A DNA stretch of 64,000 nucleotides. It comes from Mobula hypostoma (taxonomy: Eukaryota). The notes under the pieces are model-generated. The model was not told the DNA's origin and searched no databases. It saw nothing but the letters and a program-made list of their open reading frames with translations. The stretch spans positions 83,082,001 through 83,146,000 of the forward strand of contig NC_086097.1 in NCBI RefSeq assembly GCF_963921235.1, in the 5' to 3' direction. Shown here in pieces: positions 13,201 through 26,639 of the stretch. The translations under genes and the position numbers were made by a program. How positions within the stretch are numbered: the first letter of the stretch is position 1; the number at the start of each line of letters is the position of its first letter.

Positions 13201-14020
13201 ACAACATTAGCCTCCATTCCAAGAGGACTAGAATATAAAAGCAAGGATGTAATGTTGAAACCTTATAAAGCACTGGTGAGGCCTCACGTGGAGTATTGTG
13301 AGCAGGTTTGGCCCCTTATCTCAGAAAGGATGTGCTAAAACTGGAGAGGGTTCAAATGAAGTTCACGAAAATGATTCCAGGATTGAATGGTTTGTCATAT
13401 GAAGAGTGTTTGATGGCTCTGGGCCTGTACTCACTGGAGTTTAGAAGAATGAGGGGTAACCTCATTGAAAACTATTGAATGGCAAAAGTCCTTGCTAGAG
13501 TGGATGTGGAAAGGGTGTTTCCTATGGCAAGAGAGTCTAAGACCGGAGGACACAGAGGGGCGTCCTTTTAGAATGGAGATGAGGAGGAATTTCTTTAGCC
13601 AGAAAGTAGTGAATTTGTGGAATTCTTTGCCACCGGCAGCTGTGGAAGTCAAGTCTTTATGTATATTTAAGGCAGAGGATGATAGATTCTTGATTGGTCA
13701 GGGCATGAAGGGATACGAGGAGAAGGCAGGTGGTTGGGATTGAGAAGAAAATTGGATCAGCCATGATAAAATGGTAGAGCAGACTCAATGGACTAAATGA
13801 CCTAGCTCTGCTCCTATATCCTACAGTTTTATGGTTTCAATCTACCTTGTTATGGCCTTATATTTTATTGTTTACTTGCACTGCGCTTTACTCTGCATCG
13901 TTATTGTTTGATCTTGTTCTGTCTCAATGCACTCGGTCATTTGATCTTTATGAACAGTATGCAAGACAAGCTTTTCACTGTATCTTTGTTCATGTGACAA
14001 TTATAAAGCAATTCCAATTC
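10250..14020 (+). mobile_element. Rex1/Babar 3' fragment (10250-10704 and 13838-14020) split by a CR1
   Basis: AKKAHRPFYFFRRLKKF and PLGRKYKTLKTPTAWLRDSFYLFVIRLLNG; 3'UTR resumes at caatctaccttgttatggcc after the CR1 tail. Confidence 0.75.
10705..13837 (+). mobile_element. Long CR1 LINE, ORF2 pseudogene (APE endonuclease + RT), frameshifted
   Basis: APE motifs (NARSIRNK, SDHNMI), NYRPVSLTS, VVYLDFQKTFDKV, GVPQG, KFADD, C-terminal RRNFFSQKVVNLWNSLP; 3'UTR and tail at ~13745-13837. Confidence 0.95.
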
Positions 14021-14832
14021 CAAGAAAGATGGCAAGGTGGTCCTCAAGCAGACGTGAAAGGGAGCTTTTAAGGTGAACCAAGGGTAGAGATGGATGGAAT
14101 GAAAGAGCTACTAACCTGGAAATGCACAACAATAGTCAGCCACAGGGTTTGTAAGTGGATCAGGTGAAGGAAAGAATGAAAATAGGCTGAGAAGGCAGAG
14201 TGAACCATTTGTAGTCACAGAAGTAAGGGGAGACCAAGATAAGTGAGGAGGCAGTGCAATGACGAGGGGTGTATCTGGCAAACTGGTTGTGGACCTGGCT
14301 GGGTGGAACAAGCATGGAGACCAGAAAGGCACAGTACAGCTCAAGTGAGCCTGAAAGGACGGTAGCCTAGCAGACCCTGTCGGATGAACCAGCAGCAGGA
14401 ACGGACAGATCAAAGGGGAAGTCAACTCAGGAATACGCAACAGTAGTTGGCCGCAGAGTGAGTGAGGTGACTGGACGTGGATTGGGCAATCTGAAGAGTG
14501 TCAGGACCAGCGAGGTGAAGCAGGAAACAAGATGGGTAAATGGAAATAGTATAGGTGGTTAGAAGGGCAGCATAATAATAATGGGCCAAAAAGTCTGTTT
14601 CTGTGCTGTATGACTCTATAACTATGAGTCATAATTATATTAATCTGATGTTACTGGAGTCTGAAGTGCTGCCTTGCTCTGTTGATTTGTTTGGAAATGC
14701 AAAAGGACTGCAGATGCCAAAAATCTGATATAGAAACAGACAATACTGGAGCAAATCACTAGTCAACCAACACCCATGGAGAGGGAAAACAAAGTTTGGT
14801 TTCAGAATTATGACATCAAACAACTGAAGTCT

Positions 14833-14834
<2 letters not shown>

Positions 14835-14866
<32 letters not shown>

Positions 14867-14877
14867 CGCTCTCTCTC
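14835..14877. repeat. (CT)n microsatellite inside an old inverted PLE-derived element (~14700-14920)
   Basis: Direct CT run; flanks ctgcagatgc...atactggagc and cccacagatgttgc...ctccag are degenerate inverted PLE-tail copies. Confidence 0.6.
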
Positions 14878-17800
14878 CCCACAGATGTTGCTTTACCTGC
14901 TATCTCCAGTCTTTTCGGTCTTTAAGTTCATTTGTTCACCTTTTCATGCCCACTCATTAACTGTGAATAAATTTCAATTTGCTCTATAACAAATTTGAAT
15001 GGATTTTTCAAGTTGGTGTTTCATCTAGTTTTCTGATTGACTGGACTCTAACCATTGTGGCGCTTGGCTAAATAAGAACAATTAAAATGCACAACTAAAA
15101 GCACCCAAATATTTATTTACCAGTGGACCTGACATGGAATATCTGGTAACAGATGAATGATAATCATCCCAAGAGATATTGGTATTTGCCCTTGTGTATC
15201 ATCAAAGGAAAGTTTAAAGTTTAAATGGGTATCCACATTTAATTGTATATACCTGTAGTTTTTGATACCATTTGGGTGTTCTTTGCTGTACTTAATAAAC
15301 CACATTGTTAATAAAACATGATACAAACCTCTAGAGGTTACAAATTTGAAAAATGGGACATACACATTAGAAATATGAGGGTGATTTTCCTACTTTACAA
15401 AGATGCATTTGAGGCATACAACTGAGATAGCTAATGGTATTCCCAGGGCTTCCTCACTACTTCTTGCCAGCATGCAATATAGAAGGCAGGAGCAAATCAA
15501 AGCTGGAGTTATACCAAACACTTCAGTACCCTATAACAACAGTATTAGTGTACATAAGTAAACAGCAGGTACAGAAATGTTAATTGCTTTGAGCTCACCC
15601 CAGTCACTTGGAATTCAAATGGCATCCATTGGTAGTCACAATAAAAAGGGAACACAGCCTTTTGGGATGCTCTTGGTTTTCCTGACTCTAACGCTGGTGT
15701 CATGCTTGGTGACAATGTATTGGTGCCAGGACTGACCCAACACCTTTGATTTGTAAAGAAAAAGAGTTGAATGGCCCAGAACAGGAAGTATAGGTTTTCT
15801 CTGGACTGACCAGTTGTAGCATATTTCTCTGGACCAAGATGTAAAGAACAGGAGTGCACATAACACACAATAATTTAGGAAAGTATGAATGAATTATGCA
15901 TAAATAAACAAAGAAAAGTGCATAAATTAAACCTTGTAAGGTACAGAACAGATTAGCTGGTTTAACTTTGAATGCGATGCAGTTAAGTGGCTCCAGGGAA
16001 GGAACTGTCTCCCATCCTGACCGTTCTTAGGGTTATGTATCGGAGCCTCTTGCCGGATGGTAGGAAGTCAAAGAGGATTCTGAATGGCATCCTTGATGAC
16101 ACTAAGAGCTCTGCTTCCGCAGTTCTCCTGATAGATGTGTCACTACTGTGTCTTCACTGTGTCACTAACCACAAAATTCGGGCCTTCATTTTCCTTTACT
16201 GTTAAAAAAAATGCCTTAATATATGTAAATTCAGGCTTGTGTCTTTCAAAAGATTGACATAGATCAATAATTCATTCATTGGCAGTAGGTTACATTTTTT
16301 CAGTACAGATGCTGTTTTGTAACCATCCTCCATGTGGGTTTTTGTTAATGAAAGATTCACGAGAACACTGATTTCTCTTATAAGCCTAAAACTAAATTCT
16401 CATTAAATAGTAAATAATCTTAATGGTTTTTTTTCCCAACATTTGGTGTATCCTCTCTTCCAGACCTCCAACTTATCATGCCCAGACATGATTTCATCAT
16501 TTTGGACCCATGTAATGAAAACAAAATCATTTTCCCAGGGCGACCAAATAGACATTTGGTCCTAGTGTGTGACCTGAGGCAAACTTACAATGTTCATATT
16601 TTAACTGCAGAATTGTCAATAACTTATGCATTAGAATGTAGTTCAAACATAATTCAGTGCAGTCAACATAAAAGACTCTAATGAATTAAAAAGTGCTGAA
16701 ACAATAAATGTGTGAGCTTACATGTGAGCACCTGTAATTAGCACTCCTGCAAGTTCAGCTGCCTATTACCAAATTTTTCACTAAAGACTCTGAGACTCTG
16801 AAATCTGCAGAAGTGCCTATAGTAAGCACTATTTCCGAGCTTTCGTTTGTAGGTTTCAGCCAAGTAATTGAACTTCGAACTGAATGAATACACATTAATC
16901 AAATTATGTTACCATCTGAAATATTGAATTATCTTTGAAATTAGCCATATGGAAGCATTTTTCTCTCAGCATGAATTTGCCAGGGGAATCTGAAAGGCTG
17001 TGAGCTCTATTTACTACATTGTTGGTTCTCATCGTGGATTCAGGCTCAGTTCTCAGTCGTTCAATGTGTAGTACCTCAATAAAGTCATAGCTTATCTGAT
17101 TATAGCCTCAATTCAACTTTTCTCCTCTTCCTCCATAACCTTGAACTCTGCCAAAGGTCAAAATTCTGTTTCAAGTTCAATTTTATTGCCGTTCAACCAT
17201 ACACACGTGTACAGCTAAATGAAACATAGTTCCTCTTCATTTTGCCTTAGCCTTGAATATTGTCAGTGAATCAGTCACCACAGCTCTCTGGCATATAGAA
17301 TTCCAAAGATGAGAGCCTGGCTGAGATACCAAAGTGGGCTGTAGATTTTTGATGGACTCTAAATCACGAGGGCTTTTGCTATTGCTTGCATGATGGGAGG
17401 AGGGAGTCAGTGCTTTTGCTGGAGTAAGTGGGGGGAGGGGACAGTTAATGCATTTGCTGCTGCTTGTGCGAGGAAGGGGGAGGGGGTTTGGGGTTCTGAC
17501 GTTTCTGTCATTCATTCTTTGATTTTTTTCCTGTTTTGTGGATGTCTGCAAAGAATAAGAATTTCAGGTTGTATACTGTATGCATTTTCTGATATTATAT
17601 TGAACCACTGAACCATTGAAAACTAACATATCACCTTTAAGTAAGAGACAAAAACTATATTCAACATTCCAGACATTGCTTCACCAATACCCTATACCCA
17701 GATCTCTCCATGCGGTTGCATTATTCCAGTAGTCCCATTCTCTAAGATTGTCACTATTATTAAATAACTCATATTCATTTTGTGCGTAAAATTTGATTCA

Positions 17801-18084
17801 TGGTGTTCGATTGATCTGTAGATCCTATCTCCTCTCTGCATCACTGACTCCGCTTCACAGATTGGTGACTCTGCCATTGATTCTAAACAAATCAAAAGCA
17901 TGGGATCATAATTAAATGGAGGTGCAGAGATCGACAAAGTAAATGATCAGTTGGAATTGGCTGATCTCAAAGTTTCAATGCTATTGGATATAGGGGCCAT
18001 GTAGTAATAACTTCAACACTTCTGATATGAAGTCACAATGATGACAGTGCAACCACATGTCTAATGGTGCGACAGAAATAATAC

Positions 18085-18570
18085 AACATAAGCATAGAAG
18101 TAGGAATAGGCCATTTGGCCCCTCAAACCTGTTCTGTCACTTAATGAATATGCCCAGTCTTTCAGCTCAGCGCCAGCTAATTGACCAACTGCTTATTTCC
18201 TGATTCTCTTAATATCCCAAAAACTATCAATCTCTGAATTGCATGTACTTAACAGCTGAGCCTCTGGGGTTGAGATTTCCAAATTTTTACTTACAGTCTG
18301 GTTGAGGAAATTCTCATCTCAGTCCTTCAGTTTGAGGTGGTGAAGCCTGGTTCCACACACTTCAGCCAGATGAAACACAATCTCTGCCTTGACCTTGTCA
18401 AGTTCAGTTACAACTTCGTGTGTTTCAATGGAAAATCACCTCTAAATTCTTCTAAATCCAAAACAGGATAGGCCCAGTCTACTTCAACTTTCCTCATAGG
18501 AAAAACATCACACTTGCCCCAAAATGAAGTCTGGTGAACTTCTGTTGCTTTTCCCCTATATTCATACCTG
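18085..18570 (-). mobile_element. Old CR1 3' fragment
   Basis: agaagtaggaataggccatttggcccctcaaacctg is the reverse of the CR1 3'UTR. Confidence 0.6.
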
Positions 18571-19949
18571 ACAATATGCAATATTTTATTATGGGGGTTT
18601 GCAGAACCTGTAGATTTGCAATCTGTAAATATATAATTTTACATATGCTATGTGCTTTTGTTATGGCCATTACTATTAATCTCAAGGGGTGGCACTCACC
18701 ACATCAGAAAAACCGATACAATTTGACATTACATCTGGATTTCCTTATGCGGTAACGTCAACTACAGCCAATGCTAGTTTAGTCTGAATTATTTGAAAGG
18801 GTCGTGACGCAGATACGGGAGTGAGCATGGCACTATTCCAATGTTGACTTTGAGATCATGGAAAAGGCAGAGAAAGGATCAAAAATATTAATAGGCCCAT
18901 AAAAATATAGAAACTTCAGCTGAATAAGTAGCAAAAAATCTTTTTCAATTGTTACAGGCCTAAAGTACAGCCAAGCTGACCTCATTAATGTTCACCTCAT
19001 CAAAGATGCAGATGATGTTATATCCCCAAAAGCCATGCAGAAGCGGGGAAAGCAGGATTAAGAGATTCTTTCTTTGGCACAGCCCCTGCTGTTTCATTGT
19101 TGTATGTGCTTAGATTAATATTGTAGTTAAAACATTGAATGCATATTTCACAATGATTAGCATCACAAATGTTCACCCATGTGTGAATGATGGACGCAGA
19201 ACAGTGGAATTGAATGTTTCATTATGGATGAGGTATACTACTTAGTACCCACAGAAAATTATGATTTATTTTAAACAAAGCATGACCCAGAACATACAAA
19301 AATCACATGCCATGAAAATAAACTTTTACTCCATTGATTACACAAATAACCAGTTGAAACAAATGCCAAATTTGAAATAAACAGATACTGGCTGGAGTAT
19401 GAACCCTGTGCTTTTCATTCCTGTACTGAGTTTTGAAGACAAATGAGATGAATTAGTTGAAAGGTTTCCTTTATTAATGAGTGGGATAGTCATAATTTAC
19501 CTCCAGTACCCAGCAAGCTGTAGCAGCGAAAAAAAAATTATAATTAGGCATCAATTTCACTGTTAACTATTCTGAATAAGAGAAAATGATACGTATTGGT
19601 AATGGGACGTTACATCAGCATGAAACAATTGTCAAAATTACAGATGGTGTAGCTTGTGATACTCAGGAAACCAGTATAGAGTGTACACAGCCCTGACTTT
19701 CAGTGTTGAATGTTACCAATGCATTATCAGTCAAATCAATCTTTTTATCTCTACTAGTTATAGACTGAGACATCTACCCTATCATGCTTTGTTTTCAGGT
19801 GCTGTCTGAACCTGTTGAATATTTCAAATGTATTTTGCTTTTCATACTAATTTTGAATTCACTTAATTATTTAGTTTTAGTGTTAAAATCAAGTTCCATC
19901 TGCTGAGAAACACTAGTTGCAAAAACATTAATATAACATTCGTTGCATC

Positions 19950-20480
19950 TTAAAGATCTTCATTGATTTGGCCTCCACAGAGAATTCCTCAAGTTTATTA
20001 TCTCTGAATGAAGAAATATTTTGCATACTCTATATCCTGGAACTATGACCACTGCTACTGGGCCGGCCAGCCAGAGAAAGCATCCTCCCAGCATCCAGTC
20101 TGTTAATGATGGTGGAATTTTCTGCACATCAATGAGATCTTTCATTGTTTTAAACACTAATGAGTACACACTTCACCGAGTGGATCAATGGATCCACAAA
20201 CAACAGACCATCCATCCCAGCAATCAGTCTCCTGAATCTTCACCACAATACCTTTATGGCAAGAATATCCCTTCTTATGTGGGGAAACCCGAATGCTTTT
20301 TTACATTAATGATTTTTAGCCTATCATTATTGAAATAAGATTTTTCTTTTCTTTTCCTGCCAAGGTAGATAATTTTACATTAATCAATATTGTACAATGT
20401 CACTCAGCTTGTCCAGATCAGCTTCAAGCTCCTTTGTACCTTAATCCTTTCCAGAAAATTCTGGCACAAGTGCAGGCTTT
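19950..20480 (-). mobile_element. Old CR1 ORF2 fragment
   Basis: MYSLVFKTMKDLIDVQKI resembles CR1 LFSLE..RLRGDLIEVYKI. Confidence 0.55.
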
Positions 20481-20762
20481 GCAGAATTGTTACATCCCTT
20501 TACAACAAGTAGTTCATCAAAATAAAGAAAAGTAAAGAGGAAGTGAGGAAATCCAGTAGGAAACCTAACTTGGCTGGGTCGTGATGAGAAAGATCAAAAA
20601 GCAAGTGAAGATAGGGAAACACCTTCACTTAGTTCAACCTGTTAGATATTGCCTCTATATACCAGTTGCAAAGAAAAGTTTCTGAACTCTTCACAATTAC
20701 CTGTTTTTCTGCATTAATTACTCATAAAATGTGGTCTAATCTTCATCTAAGTCACAATAATA

Positions 20763-21886
20763 GAAATATAGAAAATCTATAGCACAATACAGGCCCTTTG
20801 GCCCACAAAACTGTGCCGAACATGTCCTTACTTTAGAAATTACCTAGGTTTACTCATAGCCCTATATTTTCCTAAGCTCCATGTACCTATCCAAGAGTCC
20901 CTTAACAGAACCTATTGTATCCGCCTCCACCACCATCACCAGCAGCCCATTCCACGCGCTCACCACTCTCTGCATAAAAAAATTACCCCTGACATCTCCT
21001 CTGTACCTGCTTCCAAGCACCTTAAAACTGTGCCCTCTCCTGTTAGCCGTTTCAGCCCTAGGGAAAAAGCCTCTGACCATCCACACGATCAATGTCTCTC
21101 ATCATCTTATACACCTCTATTAAGTCACCTCTCACCCTCCATTGCACCAAGGAGAAAAGACCAAGTTCACTCAACCTATTCTCATAAGGCATATTCCCCA
21201 ATCTAAGCAATATCCTTGTAAATCTCCTCTGCACCCTTTCTATAGTTCCCACATCCTTCTTGTAGTGAGGTGACCAGAACTGAGCACAGTACTTCAAGTG
21301 GGGTCTGACCAGGGTCCTATGTAGCTGTAACATTACCTCTCAGCTCTTGAACTCAATCCCACAGTTGATGAAGGCCAATACACCGTATGCCTTCTTAACC
21401 AGAGTCAACCTGCGCAGCAGCTTTGAGCATCTTATGGACTTAGACTCCAAGATTCCTCTGATCCTCCACACTGCCAAGAGTCTTACCATTAATACTATAT
21501 TCTGCCATCATATTTGACCTACCAGAATAAACCATCTCACATTTATCTGGGTTGAACTCCGTCTGCCACTTCTCAGCCCAGTTTTGCATCCTATCAATGT
21601 TCCGTTGTAACCTCTGACAGCCCTCCACACTATCCACAACACCTCCAACCTTTGTGTCATCAGCAAATTTACTAACCCATCCCTCCACTTACTCATCCAG
21701 GTCATTTATAAAAATCACGAAGGGAAGGTGTCCCAGAATAGATCCCTGAGGCACACCACTGGTCACCGACCTCCATGCAGAATATGACCTGTCTACAACC
21801 ACTCTTTGCCTTCTGTGGACAAGCCCTTTCTGGATCCATAAAGCAATGTGCCCTTGGATCCCATGCCTCTCTACTTTCTCAATAAG
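20763..21886 (-). mobile_element. 5'-truncated CR1 inserted in the Tc1 TIR
   Basis: [51 protein letters not shown]; same family as 1568-2680. Confidence 0.93.
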
Positions 21887-22003
21887 CAAACACAATCTGC
21901 CTAAACTAATAACACACAAACAATTGTACTTTTCATGTCTTTATTGAACACATTGTTTAATCGTTCACAGTACAGGCTTGAAAAAGTATGTGAACCCTTA
22001 GAT

Positions 22004-22998
22004 TTAATAACTGGTAGAACCTCCTTTCGCAGCAATAAACTCCACCAAACATTTCCTGTTGCTGCTAATCAGACTTGCACAATGGCAAGGAGAAATTTTA
22101 GACCATTCCCCCATACAAATCTGTCTCAGTTCATCAATATTTCTGGGATACTTTGCATGAACAGCCCTCTTCAGGTCATGCCACAGCATCTCAAATGGGT
22201 TAAGGTATGGACTCTGACTTTTCCTTGTAAACTCTTCTGATATTGATTTCCTCTTGTGTTTTGGATCATTGTCTTGCTGTATCATCCACTTCTATTAAGC
22301 TTCAGATGATGAACCACCATCCTGACATTCTCCTGTAGAAGGTCTTGATACAATTTTGAATTTATTGTTTCCTCAATGATTGTAAGCTGTCCTGGCCCTA
22401 AGGCAGCAAAGCAATCCCAAACCATGATGCTCCACCCACCATGCTTCATAGTTGGGATGAGGTTTTGGTGTTTGTGCAATGCCCTTTTTCCTCCAAACAT
22501 AACAGTGTGCACTTCTGCCAAAAAGTTCAACTTCTGTCTCATCTGTCTACAGAATATTGTCCCAGAAGTGTTGTAGAACATCCAGGTGGTCTTTTGCAAG
22601 CTTGAGACGTGTAGCAATATTTTTGTTTTTGGAGAGCAGTGGTTTCCTCCATGGTGTCTTTCCACAAACACCATTCTTGTTCAGTATTTTTCTTATAGTG
22701 GACATATGAACAGAGAATTTAACAAGTTCTAGAGGTTTCTGCAGGTCTTTTGCTGTTACCCTTGGGTTCTTTTTTACCTCCTTCAGCATTGCATGTTGTG
22801 CTCCTGGTGTGATCTTTGCGGGATGCCCACTCCTAGGGAGAGTATAACAGTACTGAATTTCCACCATTTGTAGACAATTTCTCTTACTGTGGACTGTTGA
22901 ACACTCAGGTCTTTAGAAATGCTTTTGTAGTCTTTTCCAGCTTCATGCATCTTTACAATTCTTCTACAGTCCTCTGAAAGTTGTTCTGATCGAGGCAT
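22004..22998 (-). pseudogene. Tc1 transposase, frameshifted, with a deletion between the second D and the E
   Basis: MPRSEQLSED, LPRSGHPAKITP, TDET, TMKHGGWSIMVW, QQDNDPKH, NPFEMLWHDLKRAVH, IAAKGGSTSY. Confidence 0.92.
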
Positions 22999-24149
22999 GG
23001 TACACATAAACAGATCTTTCTTGAGAGGAGCAGCTTCTGTCAGTAACCTGACTTTGTGTGTCTTTTTTATAGGGCAGGGCAGCTCTACAAACCACACCTC
23101 CAACCTCATCTCATTGATTAGAACACCTAACTCCAAATAGAAGGAATTACCCAGAGGTTCACATACTTTTTTGAACCTGGACTGTGATTGTTTAAATAGT
23201 GTACTCAGTATTGATGAGAAGTACAATTGTTTGTGTGTTATTAGTTTAGGCAGACTGTGTTTGTCTATTATTGAGACTTAGATGAAGATCAGGCCATATT
23301 AATGCAGAAAAACAGGTAATTGCAAAGGGTTCACAAACTTTTTGTTGCAACTGTATACTGGGCTCAGCCTAAAGGCATAATCTAATTGTAGTGAATCACT
23401 AAGCTAGAGCAGGGAGAAAAGGTGAGCTTGTAGAAAGACCAGAGTGAACTCTTTAATATGACAAGTTACAGAAGAAAGGTGATGGGCATAGGAAATGTTT
23501 GATGCATTAGTAGGTTTGTCAGAAAGCCTGCAAGTAATATCCGACAGCACAGAATAGTACAGCAGTATATTTGCTTACGTCTTTGCTTAGAGTTTTGAGT
23601 TCATTCTCCCCAGTATATTATCAGGAGTGGTGCAAAACCATGAGCACATTTCCAGATTCAACAGTAAATGCCTCAGCCTGCATTACACCGCCAGCTGAAA
23701 CCACCCAGTAGCTGAACACTGCAGAGGGAGCTCAAATTCCTATCACCCAAGTTCAGCCTGCTTGGCACGCGTGCTCAGACTTGCATCAATTCCTTTTTAA
23801 TTGTGAAAGCAGTTGAGATTTATTACAGATGAGAAATGGACTTTTATTTAGAGTAAAAGTAAAGCAACTGCATTTAAATTCATGCACGTTGCTAAGTTTT
23901 CAAGCAACTGTCACATGATATGATCAGCTCCGAGACGTTTGCAAAAATAAAGTGAGAGTTCTTGTAAACATTACCACCTACAGCCACCATGTTCCCTCTT
24001 TCATCATAAAGATAGTTGGGATTCATGAAGAAGAAGAAATTGACTATTATTTCAAGGTAACACAAGGAGAGATGCAAGCTTACAGATTAGTCTGTTTTGT
24101 TGAGACACAACCAAAAACTTCCTGGAACAATGTGAGTAAATAAATGTAC

Positions 24150-26030
24150 TTATTCAGTTTGCAAGATCTGGACATTCCTGTAAATGCCAGCATTTATTGG
24201 CCATCCCTGACTGGTCTTGAAAAGGCCGTGTATAAGCCACCTTCCTGAACTGTCGTAATCAATGTGGGACTGTTGCGGTAGTCTCACCCCACCTCAGGTA
24301 GTCAGCTGTCCGTTTCATGTTTTGGACCAAGGCTCTGATGACGTCTGGAATAGAGTGCTCCTGGAAAAACAGCATAATGGGCTTCAGCAAGAAGATAGCA
24401 ATTTATGGGCATTTTCAACAACACCTGCTACCTCTCTGCTGGTCATTGAAAATAGAAGGACTGGCTGGTATTTAGCTGAATTATATTTGCCCCGTATTCC
24501 TGTGAACATCAATGGATGGATGCCAGTATGGTAACTGTACTGGAACAGCTTGGCTGCAGCTGCAGATGGTTCTGCAGGCGCAGGTCTTCAATACTACAGC
24601 TGGGATGAGGACCTGTCCCACAGCCTTTGCTGGATTCAGAGCTCTCAGCCATTTTATGGCATGTGAAGTGAATTGAATTAGCTGCAGACTGGCTTCTGTG
24701 ATGATAGGGGTCTCGGGGGGCAGCTAAATTGAATCATCCACTCAGCATATTTGCTGAACAAGCGTGCAATTACTTCTGCCTTGTCTTTGGCATTCACATG
24801 CTGGGTCTGTCACTGCTGAAGGTGAGGATTTCCTCAGAGTCTCCTTCTCCTCTTTAAAAGGCCACAGCCATTCATGTGTAAAGATGGTAGGACTACAGAT
24901 CTTTGATCTGATCTGTCATTTGTGTGTTCACTCAGCTCTGTCTGTTCAATGCTGCTTTGCTGTTTAGCACAAACGCAGTTCAGTGTTGGGCCTACACTAG
25001 ACCAGCACCTTATTTTTACATATGCTTCCTTCTTATCCTCTCAAACTTTTCCGTACTCCTCGTAAGATAAGGGCGAGATTCCTGTTTTGATTATAGTAGG
25101 GTGAGGGGTATACCAGGATGTAAGGTCACAGATTGTGGTGACGAACGTCTCCACTACTGCTGGTGGTCTACAGCACCACGGATATCCATTCTGGAGCTAT
25201 CAGATCTGATCTCTGTCTATCCCATACATCCATTCCCTAAACACGATGGAAGGTGTTCGTGGTGTGAAAATAGGACTTGTGTCCACAAGGACTGTTTGGT
25301 CATCACCTCCACCAATCCTACCATGGGCAAATGCTGTTAAAGACAAATAGGTTTGTCCATCAGTCACAATCACTGGAGACCCAGTCTGCCAGCTCTATCT
25401 TTCAGGAGTCATCTAGCTTTCTCAGTGTTGGTACAATGAAACCACTCCTGGTGTTCCCCTCCCAGCCACGGTCTGCACTCTTGTTACTCCCAGCGCTTCT
25501 TCCAAGTGTTCCTCAACGTGGAGCAGGAATGTTTCGTCAGCTGAGAGTGGGTGGTAGGGAGCAACTGGAGGTTTTCTTGTCTGTGCTTGACGGAACTCCA
25601 CACAACTTCACGGAGTGTGAAGTCAGTCTCAAGGGTTCGAAGAACTGCTCCCTCCTGCTTATATATCTACCTATGCATCTCTATGCCTTCCTACATACCT
25701 ACCTACTCACCCACATACCTCTGCCTATATACCTACCTATGCATCTCTATGCCTTCCTACATACCTACCTACTCACCCACATACCTCTGCCTATATACCT
25801 ACCTATGCATCTCTATGCCTTCCTACATACCTACCTACTCACCCACATACCTCTGGTAGTATGGCCCTGCTTCTGTGACAGGACATGTCCAGGGAATGTG
25901 ATGGAGGTGTCTGGGCCCTGGCTTTGTAAGGTAGGATTCAGAGAATCGATGATCAAGTGAATGCAGTGATTGCATGATTTTGTGGCCAGCTCTCCTAATT
26001 TTGACCTGGTTCCCCAAATATCACCAAAGT
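24150..26030 (-). mobile_element. Old CR1/L2-group LINE, heavily decayed
   Basis: 3' end ccagcatttattggccatccctgactggtcttgaaaagg shared with 46430; internal similarity to 5480-6250. Confidence 0.6.
25655..25855. repeat. Minisatellite, 66-bp unit x3
   Basis: Unit ctgcctatatacctacctatgcatctctatgccttcctacatacctacctactcacccacatacct at 25655, 25721 and 25787; copies 2 and 3 identical. Confidence 0.95.
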
Positions 26031-26076
26031 GCTGGAATATGAGGAGTGATTAGGGTGCAAAGAAGTCTCAAAGGGA

Positions 26077-26545
26077 CACACATAAAAGTTGATAGTGAAC
26101 GCAGCAGACCAGGCAGCATCTCTAGGAAGAGGTACAGTTGACGTTTCAGGCCGAGACCCTTCATCAGGACTAACTGAAGGAAGAGTTAGTAAGAGATTTG
26201 AAAGTCGGAGGGGGAGGGAGAGATCCAAAATGATAGGAGAAGACAGGAGGGGGAGGGATGGAGCCAAGAGCTGGACAGTTGATTGGCAAAGGGGATATGA
26301 GAGGACCATGGGACAGGAGGCCCGGGAAGAAAGAAAGAAAAGGGGGCGGGGGAACAGAGGATGGGCAAGGGGTATAGTCAGAGGGACAGAGGGAGAAAAA
26401 GGAGAGAGAGAGAAAGAATGTGTGTATATAAATAAATAACGGATGGGATACGAGGGGGAGGTGGGGCATTAGCGGAAGTTAGAGAAGTCAATGTTCATGC
26501 CATCAGGTTGGAGGCTACCCAGACGGAATATAAGGTGTTGTTCCT
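26077..26545 (-). mobile_element. Penelope-like element 3' part: GIY-YIG C-terminus plus pLTR with hammerhead motif (26135-26176)
   Basis: 26469-26543 minus translates EQHLIFRLGSLQPDGMNIDFSNFR*; AGTC-CTGATGA-AGGGTCTCGGCCT-GAAA-CGTC-AACTG. Confidence 0.88.
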
Positions 26546-26639
26546 TCAAACAACAAAGGGATATATGACAAGCCAGATGAGTGAGCAACAACTTAGCTGA
26601 TATTATAGCATTTTACAGCAAAGAAATAATCCATTCAAT

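Larger units (their letters stand above)
20663..23353 (-). mobile_element. Tc1-like DNA transposon (IR/DR type), left TIR interrupted by a CR1
   Basis: Ends CAGTTGCAA (20663) and TTGCAACTG-TA (23353); ~200-bp TIRs with two AAAGT(T/A)TGTGAACC direct repeats. Confidence 0.92.

Noticed and set aside
14070..14530. Purine-rich segment with a 109-aa minus-strand ORF
   Set aside because: Probably an old repeat; no motif I can assign
25655..25855. CRISPR-like array
   Set aside because: Contiguous tandem units with no unique spacers; eukaryotic context
25277..25960. Longest ORF in the track (227 aa)
   Set aside because: Antisense to a decayed LINE and lengthened by the stop-free 66-bp repeat; no gene features
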